A stretch of 64,000 nucleotides of DNA, taken from Bilabrum cf. latius (Eukaryota). The position numbers and the translations under genes are program-made. Shown piece after piece: positions 41,601 to 53,200 of this stretch; the first letter of the stretch is position 1; each line of letters starts with the position of its first letter. Where the stretch lies: assembly GCA_965178125.1 (NCBI GenBank), contig OZ237740.1, positions 558,001-622,000 on the forward strand, given 5' to 3'. Under the pieces are notes generated by a model, which saw only the letters and a program-made list of their open reading frames with translations, was not told the DNA's origin and made no database searches.

Positions 41601-43094
41601 GTATCCAAAGCAGCTGACCATGCGAAGTACGTCGCTGACGCGGCCACGTCAGCTCTCTCCTCAGTGACGAGCAGCATGTCTCGCCTGCAGCGCGACGCGG
41701 AAGCGAGCATGAGCAGCCTCAAGGACGAACTGGTCCGCGCCATCGGAGACGCAGAGCAGAGGCTGCAGCGGATGCGTGACAAGCAGGCAGATGATACGGA
41801 CAGGCGAGTCGCCGATTCGAAGCGAGAAAGCGACGCGGCAGCGGCTGACGCCAAGCAGACAGAGCAGCGGCTGCAAGAGGCAGCGGACAAGGCCAAAGAG
41901 GAGCTGCAGAGGCTGCTGACGTCACAGTTGGATCGGATCAGCGAGCTGACGAGGTCGGCCTGCACGGCTCAGTCGCGCCGAGCGCAGGCGTCTTTCTCTA
42001 CCGCTCAGAAACGAGGAGAAGACGAAAAGGCGTGGAGCAAGCAGGCAGTCTAGGACGTGCAGACTAGCATGCACCAAGCTCGGGAGTCCGCTGCGTCGGC
42101 CGGCAGCAGGTCAACCCACCTCTACGAATCATTTCGAAGCGAGGTGGAAGGGCTGGCGAGCGGCTGCCGCGAGTCGGCCGAATCGCAGTCCAAAGCGGCA
42201 CGCGAGCTATCCAAGAGCTTTGCTTCCTAGTGCGATGCTCGGGTGGTCGAGTTGAAGCGCGACAAGCAGCAGCAGGTGGAGGCGATGCAGAGGCATCTGA
42301 GACAGGGAAAGGACAAGCTGCAGGCAGTCCTAGCGGAATCAGTGGTAGCAGAGGGCACTTCTGCAGTGACGACTGACGGTGAAAGGGCACGGATGCTCCA
42401 GCAGCAGGCGATCGATAGCGGGAAGCGGGCTGGCGATGCCTCGGCATCCCAGGAAGCGAGAGTAAGCACCATCGCAGAGGAGATCGGATCGATGGAGGGC
42501 ACCACCAGGGCTGCAGTCGGTGCTCTGGAGGAAGACCAGGTGCAGTTGGTGCCCCTTGCTGCGCTGCAGTTGACTGCAGGCAACGACCTGCCGGAGTCCC
42601 GCGACGACGCCGAAGTCTGTACCGAGAGCATGGGCGAGCACGGTGTGGCACGGGTGGAGGCTGAGAGCAGAATACGGAGGAAGGTGGCGGAGCCTGGACC
42701 TGGGGTGGATTATCCTGATCTGGTCGGCGGACGTGATTCGGATAGGGGGGAGCGTATTGGCGGGGCTGGTGAGGTGCACTCCTGCCAGGCTGGGGCTGGT
42801 GGAGGTTGTTTGGAGCAAGCTCCTGTCATGTTCACAGCTGTGGATGCAGCCAGCGTTGCGGAAGGGCAGATGGCTAGCATCATAGCCCGGGTAGAGGCGG
42901 AGGAGGAGGGAGAGATTGGCCTTGAGGCGAATGACGGTCTAGTGGGAAGCAGTCAACCGAATGGTCAGGTGCTTGCTGCGTCGAGCGAGCGCAGTGCCGT
43001 GGCAGACCCTTCAACTCTAGTGGCCATGGATGCCCATTTAGAGGATTCTGTGCGGTCAATGTTGTCTGAAAGGGCACAAGGGCTGGCAAAGTAA
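38676..43094 (+). CDS. N-terminal-motor kinesin (kinesin-5/BimC-like) with long coiled coil, ~1472 aa
   Basis: VRVRP, YDKVFD, FAYG*SGSGKS, LEIYNE, VDLAGSE, INRSLLALGRVI and HIPYRES. Single frame with 8 TAGs (38985, 39777, 40803, 41040, 41091, 41160, 42051, 42228); ends in TAA. The subfamily is an inference. Confidence 0.92.
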
Positions 43095-43226
43095 ATTGTC
43101 GATTCGCCGCAATTTGGCCGAACCGGGACCGAACCATTCTTTGGATTCGTTTTTAACGCCGATAGCCCGGCAATATCATGATAGCCGGATGACCCGATAT
43201 ATCAATAGCTATTCATCGTTCATTCA

Positions 43227-46200
43227 ATGACACAACCTTAGACCAGTAGCTATTTTTTATCGATCTGGTTCATTAGTGTTGTTTCGCTCGCCGCTGTATC
43301 GCTTTCTCTTTCCGTTTATGACGGTGTACAGTGCTCAGATACGCAGCGAGCTTGTGCTCCGGAGGAGCACTTTCCAGCTCGAAGCATAAAGCAATCAGAG
43401 GCTACAACCCTATTTTTACATGCTATGTTCATGGTGTATGGTGCCAGCAAGAGTGGAAGTGCAGCCTTGGCATGGTACTTCATCGCAGCTGCGAGCACTG
43501 ACATTAGTGTGAGAGAGTGGTATTGCAACCTTTGCAGACCTACCTTAAGATTCGCGGAAAGTTTAAGTTGGCGTCCATCCTCTCTCGTCGCAGCTCGTGG
43601 TCGCGTCTGGATTTCTTGCGACACAACGATCCACAGTCTTCACTCTGCTCGGGCTGCCTTTCGTCCGCCAGAGATGGCTGCTAGTTAGCAATCTAGGCTA
43701 CTCACTAGCGATTGAAAGTACTGTTGCAGTTAAATTTCGTCCGCATAGACATGCCATCGTGCTAGTCTTATCACTCGGCAACGGGATCCTCTGCTGTGCA
43801 GTTGCATATGCTGAAGTCTAGGGGTTTGCTGAGGCAGCTGTCGTATCACTTACATTGATGTACTCGGCGTTCGCGACTTATTTTCTCCTGGAGATATTCA
43901 GGGGTCCGATTGACCGGTACTTGGATCCAATCCTGTCGTGTCGGTGCTGCCAGCACATGGGGCTGTGCAGTTTGCCACTGCACTCCGTCCCTGGTGCAAG
44001 CACATTCAACGCAAAAGGGGAAAAGCTCCAGAAAGTCGATATTGGGGACGCATAGTACAAATTTCGCGGGGCGCAGTTGACAAGCTCTGAATGGGTTGTC
44101 CTAGTTTACATTTTTTGTAGCTTGAGTTACTCCTTACAGTTCTACGGGACCAGGTGGTTTGGACTGACAGAATCTGTCGCAGGATACATTGTGGTTGTTT
44201 GTGATGCATTGATCGTGCTAGCTAGGTGCGGGCTTGCCGTGGCAGTGGTACATGCAGAGGTCACGGCGGTCGCAAACGAAGCATCCAAGGCCCAGCAATA
44301 CAAGCGCGAGGCAGCCGATGCCCGCCTCGACACCATCCAGCAGTTCACCAGGTACATCTTCCACGAGGCCCGGGTGCCCCTGCAGGCCGTGTCCCTGGCT
44401 GTGGACGAGCTGCAGGAGACTGTGAAGGAGGCCAGCTTGCAGGCGAGAGAGCTGGAGGGGCTGGGGGCAGGTATGAGGAGAAGAGGAGGAGGCGCCTCGG
44501 GGCGACTGGTGGAGCGAGGTGGGGGCGGGGATGATGTGGCCGGTGCAGTGGACGGCGATGCATCGCCCCGCGGTCGCGTGCTGACCGCGTTGATGGGCAC
44601 GCTGCAGGAGGCCCGTGAGGTGCTTGAGTCACAGAAAGAAGGGTGCAAGGGACTGCAGCACATCTTCGACGACGTGCTGGAGGCGCAGCGCATCGAGCAG
44701 GGCAGGCTGAAGCTGCGGGATGATGACGTGAATCTCGGTCAGGTGCTGCGCGACATCCGCACGGTGTTTCGTCGATCCGCATCTGCGAAGGGTGTGGATC
44801 TTCATACTGCTGTAGGCTTGGGTGTGCCTGGTATTGTGCGGGGCGACGGGCTGCGCATGAAGCAGGTGGTGGCGAATCTGGTCTCGAACGCGATCAAGTT
44901 CACTCCGGAGGGGGGGCGCATCGACGTGCTGGTGTCGTCAAAGCCCGATGAGATGGCAGCATCCTCAAGTCCCAGAGGCGATTCTAGTCACGTTGCGGGT
45001 CGCGGAAGCAGCAGCAAAGTACATGCGGAAGTTGGCAATGACTCTTAGGCTCCACTGGGTTCAGCGTTTGTTTCGTCCTCCGCCGCCGCTGCAATTGCGG
45101 TTACCGCCCCGAGACGCCCTGATGCGCGGGTGTTATCCACAGAGCACCCGGGCACCGAGGGAGGCACTGGGTCAGCAGCAGAGGTAGCCAGCGCTGGTGC
45201 CGCGTACCTCAGCACTGCCAGCGGCAGCTCCACCATCGTGCGCATCACGGTCACAGATACCGGATGTGGCATGTCGGCTCAGGATGTGGCGGGGCTCTTC
45301 AGCCCGTACAAGCAGACGAGGCACGGGGTGGCATATACTGGTTCGTCGTCTGGTCTGGGCCTGTACATTTCTCGCGGGATCGCTCGTCAGATGGGAGGCG
45401 ATCTGACGGCGAGCAGCAATGGAGAGGGCCGGGGCAGCGGTTTTGAGTTTTGGTTTCCAGCGCAGGCATGTACTGGAATTCCAGTGGGTTCTGGTTACTC
45501 AAATCCGCAGTTGTCTCGCCGTTGGCGGCACAGCTCACACGGTTCAAGCTGGAGCGGGTCATCAGGTCGGCCACCTCCTGGCAGTGGCCAGTCATCAAGT
45601 GGTGACGACATGATGACCCGGGTGCGAAACGACCTTCGAATGACGTTGCAGGCCACTGTAAGCGTCGAGGTGCAGGGCTTGCATGCCCAGTAGGACGGTG
45701 GCAGACCGCTTCCTTCGGGTGCGGTCAAGGCGGCTGGTGGTGATCCGGCCGTGGGGGACCCTACGGTTTCACAAACTGTCCCGGTCCAGAAGCATCTTTA
45801 GGTTGTGCCCACTGGTGGAAGTCTGGGGCGTGAAAAGCCGACGGAAGCCAACAGACAGAAAATCGAAGGAGGTGGCCCCAGTGGGGGCAATGACACGACT
45901 TCTGGCTCGACGTGTGGCGCTGTAGATTCAAGTGGTGGCGCTGTAGCTGTCATTTCAAACGATGCCACTGCTGGTAGGACTAATGATAGTGCTTGTATGT
46001 CAAGTGCATCTTCGAAGCGCCGACGCGTGCGCAAGCGATCCTCTGCCGCCAAGGCCAGGTCCTCCACTGCAGCCCAAGCGAACAAGTCTGCCGCCGCCCC
46101 CATGGGTTGGTGCCTCGTGGTGGACGACGTGTCCACCAACCGCAAGCTGCTCGCCAGGGGCATGCGCAGGATCGGATACGACGTGCAGGAGGCAGCGCAC

Positions 46201-46539
46201 GGCAAGGAGGCGGTGGCGATGTGTCGTGCCAAGGCCGGGGAGATCGGCGGGTCAGGTGCGGGTGATGGCAAGGATGAGTTCAGACATGGGCCGTACCTGG
46301 GCCTGGTCACAATGGACAAGTCGATGCCTGTGATGGACGGCGTGGAGGCGACGCGCGCGATCCGGAACATGCTGGGGTCGCGCGTTACGATCGTGGGCCT
46401 GACGGGGGACGCCCTTGGCACTGATCTGGAGTCGTTCAAGGCGGCGGGGCTGGACAGCGTGCTGGGCAAGCCGGCGAGCGCGAAGGAGATGCACAGAGCG
46501 GCTAGCCGCGTGAAGCGGTCTGGTGCGACATTATCTTGA
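43227..46539 (+). CDS. Membrane-bound hybrid sensor histidine kinase (TM-HisKA-HATPase-REC); join(43227..43508,43594..46539)
   Basis: RYIFHEARVPL (H box), NLVSNAIKFT, DTGCGM, GLGLYIS, and a receiver VVDD...TMDKSMPVMDG...GKP. Multi-TM N-terminus, 6 TAGs, ends in TGA. Confidence 0.9.
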
Positions 46540-47302
46540 AGCTGGCTAGATCTATCTGCATGATTTGATATTTTTAGGGGCAATCATGTGCAACCGACTA
46601 TCTAGATTCTGGAATCCAAATCGAGCTAGACTGAATCCAGATCGTGACATGTCCTCTGTTGCAACTCGTAGCCGCTACTCTCACGTGTGCAGGATCCGAG
46701 TGCCATGGCCTTGCTTGGTTGACTCACTACGGGTGCATCTCAGAAACTGCCTACTGCCTACATTTAGCGCTTTGTCTCCAAGCCATCAACTCAGGACCGC
46801 TTCACGCGGCTAGCCGCTCTGTGCATCTCCTTCGCGCTCGCCGGCTTGCCCAGCACGCTGTCCAGCCCCGCCGCCTTGAACGACTCCAGATCAGTGCCAA
46901 GGGCGTCCCCCGTCAGGCCCACGATCGTAACGCGCGACCCCAGCATGTTCCGGATCGCGCGCGTCGCCTCCACGCCGTCCATCACAGGCATCGACTTGTC
47001 CATTGTGACCAGGCCCAGGTACGGCCCATGTCTGAACTCATCCTTGCCATCACCCGCACCTGACCCGCCGATCTCCCCGGCCTTGGCACGACACATCGCC
47101 ACCGCCTCCTTGCCGTGCGCTGCCTCCTGCACGTCGTATCCGATCCTGCGCATGCCCCTGGCGAGCAGCTTGCGGTTGGTGGACACGTCGTCCACCACGA
47201 GGCACCAACCCATGGGGGCGGCGGCAGACTTGTTCGCTTGGGCTGCAGTGGAGGACCTGGCCTTGGCGGCAGAGGATCGCTTGCGCACGCGTCGGCGCTT
47301 CG
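46013..47302. repeat. 508-bp inverted repeat (46013-46520 / 46795-47302) formed by the two receiver-domain coding segments
   Basis: The arms are reverse complements with no mismatch that I could see; the spacer is about 274 bp. Confidence 0.9.
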
Positions 47303-50078
47303 GGGTCGTGGTGGAGGCATTGCTAGCCGCAGTATCCTCTATCACGTGGCTTTGCTTCTCATCCTCGCCTGCAGCACCAGCACCAGCACCAGCACCAGCA
47401 CCAGCACCAGCACCAGCACCAGCACCAGCACCAGCACCAGCACCAGCACCAGCACCAGCACCAGCACCAGCACCAGCACCAGCACCAGCACCAGCACCAG
47501 CACCAGCACCAGCACCAGCACCAGCACCAGCACCAGCACCAGCACCAGCACCAGCACCAGCACCAGCACCAGCACCAGCACCAGCACCAGCACCAGCACC
47601 AGCTAAATTCGAATTGACCGGATCATCCACAGCTTCTATTGTCAAGCGAAGGTCGTTGTGCATTCGCGTAATTGCATCGTCACCACCAATTGACGCAGCA
47701 TCTCTGCGCGAAACCATGCTTGTAGTTGACAACGACCCGTCTCCAGAACTCTTGCGCCACCTGCGAGACAGCTGTGGATCCATAGATGCTCTGCTGCGCC
47801 TTGATCCCACTTCCATTCCAGCATGCACCTGCGCTGGAAACCAAAACTCAAAACGGCTGCCCCAACCCTCTCCATCGCTGCTCGCCGTCAGATCGCCTCC
47901 CATCTGACGAGCGATCCCGCGAGAAATGTACAGGCCCAAGCCGGACGACGAACCAGTGTATGCCACCCCGTGCCTCGTCTGCTTGTATAGGCTGAAGAGC
48001 CCCGCCACATCCTGAGCCGACATGCCACATCCGGTGTCTGTGACCGTGATGCGCACGGTGGTGGAGCTGCCGCTGGCAGTGTTGAGGTAAGATTGAGCGT
48101 CCTTGTCATTATCCGCGTGCTGTTGCTCACTGCTGCCGCCTTGCTCATCTGGTACCGCTCTGGCTGCATCCACTCTAGACCTAGCACCTTTTCCCGCAAC
48201 TAGAATTCCTTCATCATCGCCTGCTATTCTATCTTGGCTCAGCTTTGCATCAGATGTTGCCAGCACGTCGATGCGCCCCCCCTCCGGAGTGAACTTGATC
48301 GCGTTCGAGACCAGATTCGCCACCACCTGCTTCATGCGCAGCCCGTCGCCCCGCACACTACCAGGCACACCCACACCTACAGCAGTTTGAAGATCCACAC
48401 CCTTCGCAGATGCTGACCGACGAAACACCGTGCGGATGTCGCGCAGCACCTGACCGAGATTCACGTCATCATCCCGCAGCTTCAGCCTGCCCTGCTCGAT
48501 GCGCTGGGCCTCTAGCACGTCGTCGAAGATGTGCTGCAGTCCCTTGCACCCCTCCTTCTGTGACTCAAGCACCTCCTGGGCCTCCTGCAGCGTGCCCATC
48601 AACGCGGCCAGCACGCGAGCGCGGGGAGATGCATCGCCGTCCAATGCACCGGCCACATCATCCCCGGCCCCACCTCGCTCTACCAGTCGCCCCGAGGCAC
48701 CTCCCCCTCTTCTCCTCATACCTGCCCCCAGCCCCTCCAGCTCTCTGGCCTGCAAGCTGGCCTCCTTCACAGTCTCCTGCAGCTCGTCCACAGCCAGAGA
48801 CACGGCCTGCAGGGGCACCCGGGCCTCGTGGAAGATGTACCTGGTGAACTGCTGGATGGTGTCGAGGCGGGCATCTGCTGCCTCGCGCTTGTATTGCTAT
48901 GCCTTGGAGGCTTTGTTTGCGACCGCCGTGACCTCAGCATGCACTATTGCCACGGCAAGCCCGCACCGTAGGACGATGACAACTGCATCGGTGATGGCCA
49001 CGATTTGCAATGCGGTTTGAAGATCCAAACCCATCCATCTCGTGCCGTAGTATTCGAGTGGGTATGATAATGTCGCTCCCATGTACAAAATAACCATCCA
49101 GTCGACGGCTGTGAGAAACCCCAGCCTGCTCTCGTACTCGCCATTCTGTACATCAAGCCAAGATACCTCTGCTGCATTGGAAGGGATATCTACTGCATTC
49201 GCTTCTTCTGACTGCGTGATACCCTGGCCCATCTAAGAATTTGTGGCCGCGTATTTTTCAGACTATATCTACGCTGTGGAGAGCCTCTGTCCACCGTGAT
49301 GGGTTCCACAGCAGCAGCCCTCCTGCAATGCGACTGCTGGAGCCGATAGCGCTGGGTCGCACCATTGATCCAGGCGACCTCTGAACAGCTCCAGGAACAA
49401 GTACAATAGGAAAATTGAGAACGAACTGCTTGCTTGCACGTTTGCATACATTGCGAGCCATGGAGCGTGAGCCAGAGCTATTAAGCTGCAACTCCACCCG
49501 AGCACAAAGCATGCAATGAATACGCCTGGCAGCCTCCGGGCCCTGAAACTCAGCGCAATATTTGAGTCATTCAACAAGGAAAATGACAGTGAACCTACGA
49601 ATAACCAGCGTTGCCGGGCAAGAGGCTTGCCTAAAACATCAAAGATAGTTGACCGATTCATTGACAGGAACAGAGCTCCAGTGCCCATCTGCGAACAAAC
49701 TAGGATTTTGTTGCTCGATTTGTGCAATTCATCAATTTTGGCGTATGCGATACGCGTTCCATTGGCGCATTAGAGTCTCACCGCTACATCCAGAGTTGTG
49801 GCGCAAGCAAAATACAAAGATATTTGTGGCCTCGGCCGCGTAGTCATGCCATAGAGCATGAATGCGGCATGGAGAAATAGGACTGTCGCCTATGTCTACC
49901 TGAGCAACTACAGGCTGAAATCTTCTGGCCTCCCACATCCGCTGCGCCCAGCAGTGCTGCAGCCTAAACCATCATCAAGACACAGTCCAAATAGAGCCAC
50001 GGAACTAAATATCACTGCGATTTGGCAGTACAGGTACCATTTACGCTAATCAGCACTGTCTTTTGACAATCCTCTCAT
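46791..50078 (-). CDS. Hybrid sensor histidine kinase paralogue; complement(join(46791..49688,49782..50078))
   Basis: Same motifs as the + strand copy, with an intron at the equivalent position (GTGAGA...CGCAG). 8 TAGs, all in the N-terminal half; ends in TGA. Confidence 0.9.
47372..47603 (-). repeat. Perfect (GCACCA)n microsatellite, ~38 units, encoding poly(Gly-Ala)
   Basis: Uninterrupted hexamer run in the linker before the receiver domain. Confidence 0.95.
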
Positions 50079-50233
50079 TCCAAGTGTTTCAAGAGCTGTA
50101 AAACCTGTCGTGACCCCGACGTCCATTGCACGTGGCGCCGAAGGTTCGTAAATTGACAAAGTTCAGCCGCGCACTATAATAATGTGGCACTATTGCTGCA
50201 ATGTCCCAGAACCCCTCTAAGCGCCCACTCCAA

Positions 50234-53200
50234 TCAAGCGCTAGATTCCATGAAGCTGCCCACGGCCTGGCTCGCTCCTGTCTCCAGCCCGGCCCCCATT
50301 GCCAACTCGAGGCCCAGCGACTGCGAAGCCGCCCTCCGCTGTGACTCGTCGGCCGCCGTGTAACCGTCCAGATCATCGGGGTTGCTCGCGCGCAACTGCT
50401 CCGAATCCAAGCTCGGTATGCCTCCAGGGTGCTGCCCCCGCATGCCGACTCTGCTCCCTGCCGTGCGCTGGGATGCAACGTAGCTGCTGCTACTACTGCT
50501 GCTACTGGCAGCTGGAGCCCTGCCTGCGCCAGACGCTGGAGTATTGATACCACCTGCTACATCCGAGGAACCCGAGCTGGCGACGGCTTGTCGCCCGCTG
50601 ACGGCACCTCCCGTGCCCCTGCCTTTCGGACCAGACCTTGCGTTGGCCGTGTTGGTGGACAGCGAACCGAGCGCACGCCCGCGCGTGTGGCCACCTTCTT
50701 TGCCTCTAGTAGCGCCCATCGTTGCCGACACGCCCCCCCTTGCGCCAGGCGAAGACAGACCCTCCTCGTTGAGGCGATCCAGGAGTACCTGCTGCGGAGA
50801 CGTTGCTCCGGCAGTCCGGTGGCCTCTTCGTTGCTGACGCGACCGCGCAGACCCATCTTCTGCCCCCGCCCTGGTGCTGCCTGGCTCTTGCCCAGCGATC
50901 CTGCCCTTCCCGTCCGACTGCATGAGCATCGTCGGCTCGGTCCTGTCAAGGCTGCTACCACTGCCCGGCTGCACGCCCCCAGGGCCCGATCGGGCTGCAG
51001 TCCCGTGGCTCTCCTTGCTCCTGTCCGTGCTGTGCCCGGCAGGAACTGGGAGAGTTGCTGGTGTCACCGAGGACGCCGAGGTACCGGACGAAGTGCGCGC
51101 AGGTGTGTCGTCTGACAGAACGCCCGATCCGGATGCTAGCGGTGCGCGCCCCGGGCGAGAGCTCCGAGGGCCAGCACGGCCGGACCTGATGGAGGACGGC
51201 GGGGCCTGCAGCACGCTCGCGAGTGGCAGAGCGGGCGAGCGGGCGGACCTGGAAGCGGACTTGTCATTTCCCTCGTTTCTGTCGAGTGCATCTCGCCTTG
51301 TTCGGTCTGGGCCTGGGTGTTGCCGATCAGAGGTTCTGTCGGCGCCTCGAAGCTGAGCTGCTGCAGCTCTAGGCGATCGGAAGCCCGGCTGTTCACCGCG
51401 CCCGCGCTTGTGCCCCCCTTCATATTCTCTTGCAGATGCATATGAGGAATGGCCGGCTCTTCGCCCATGTCGCTTTGTCCTGGCCTCGGATCGATCCTGG
51501 TCCGAATCGATCGATTCTGGGGATGAACCTACCGCATGCTGTACCGTTCGCTTGTCTTCCTTGGGCTGCTGTGAGAGCGCCTGCTGTTGGAGCCTGGATC
51601 GGCTAGCTCTGCCGAACAGGCGCCTGGAGATGGCGATGGCGCTCGGTTGGGGCTTTCGGGCCAATCTGGGGCTCACCGCATCGCTCACCTTGGATAGCTT
51701 CACGGACGGGCGGTCTTTGCCTACACCGTCGAGGACGTCCCTCTCAGGAGATCGGGTAGCACCATGGGAGCCGCTCGAGCGGGGACTGTGAGCAGCAGCT
51801 GCTGTAGCCGGTGGGGACTGCGGCGGTTCCGGGGGTGCTTCCGCCTTGGTGTTGTCTTCGAAGCCCCCGCCTATGCCGCCCATCATGTCTTCATCGTCTG
51901 CGATATCCTACAGCAGGCTGCCATCCTCCATTGCTGTGCACGCATCCACGTCGACGTCATCGTCGTCATCCTCGTCTGAATCCCGACCTTCGGGACCGGC
52001 CATGCCGTCTTGCTTCGCCGCGGGCACATGCGCACTGGTCCTCCCAGTGATGGTTCTCTGCTCCGATGTGCTCTGTGACGTTGCGACATGTGCAACCGCA
52101 GAGGAGGACGAAGAAGAGGGTGCCTATGCCCCTGCCGGCAGCTCCTTCTCGGCCATGTCCTCGCCGTCGGTGGTCGCACCATCAGAGTCTTGTTCGTCTG
52201 CACCATTGTCAGTTCCCACGGCACTGAGTGCCTTGGCTTTGCGTGCGACACCGCGCGCGCCCTCAAGAGCAGCGATCGAGTCATCAGAGCCATCCGAGTC
52301 GAATTGCAAGCCCATGCCGACGTTCCCTCCGCTGGTCATCTGGGCCGATGGAATTTGCACGCGCGCCTTCTGGGCCTCGAGGGACGACCGCCGCACCAAC
52401 TCGGCCTCAGCAGCTGAAAGAGCCCCAGCAGCAGCCCCGGCTGCCATCACGGTGGAAGCTGCGACGGCTGCACCCCGCTTGGGCCGCTGTCTCCTTGAAC
52501 CAGCGCTCCCTGGCGATGCTCGGGACCGTGGCTTCCCTGCAGTGAGCGAGGTCACCGCGGGTTGCTTCGACTAGGCTTTTGCAGCTGCGCTGGAGGTCTT
52601 CTTGGCAGCTGGTGAGCGCGACTCTGCTTGATGTTTGCTGGAGCTGGACGACGACGATGCATTGGATTTCCCGGGGTTCCTCGCCTACCGAGCTGTCTGG
52701 CGTACTGCTGGCGATGCACGATGCTCCACCTTCCGCGATCTGCTTCCGCGCACTCGTGGCCGTGACTTTGAGTCTGGACTGCGCTGGCTAGCCTCAGAAT
52801 CACTACCTGACTGTCCACTGCCTTCTCCAGCGCGCAAATCCTCGCCGCCTCGGTCAGGTGAGGCCCCTCTCGACCCGCCTGCCACAGAGGCAGGCTTGCT
52901 GGAAGACCCAGAGAAGCGCCTATGCATGCGTGCCCTCGATGGTGGCCCCTTGAGCTACTCCAGCTGTGCGGGTGTCTGGCTCGCCAGGAGATCCTTCCTC
53001 TCGTTGATCTCGAAGTGGGCACGGGTTTGCTGCTGTCCCTGCGCGAGCGAATGCATGAGCCATTCGAGGCGGAGGGGGGGGGCTTCTTCGGTGTCCGAGT
53101 CCCGCGGCGGGGGCACGAACCCTCGGTGCTTCTCCCCCGCGCGACCGACGAGGTGGAGGGTGGATCCCCCCGGCGAGGCGTGCAGCTGTCCGCCCGCTGC

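Noticed and set aside
46846-47907. Poly-PA, poly-ST and poly-VL ORFs
   Set aside because: They are alternative frames of the GCACCA microsatellite inside the kinase gene.
43227-50078. Bacterial contamination suggested by two-component kinases
   Set aside because: Both genes have spliceosomal introns and the same TAG usage as their neighbours.
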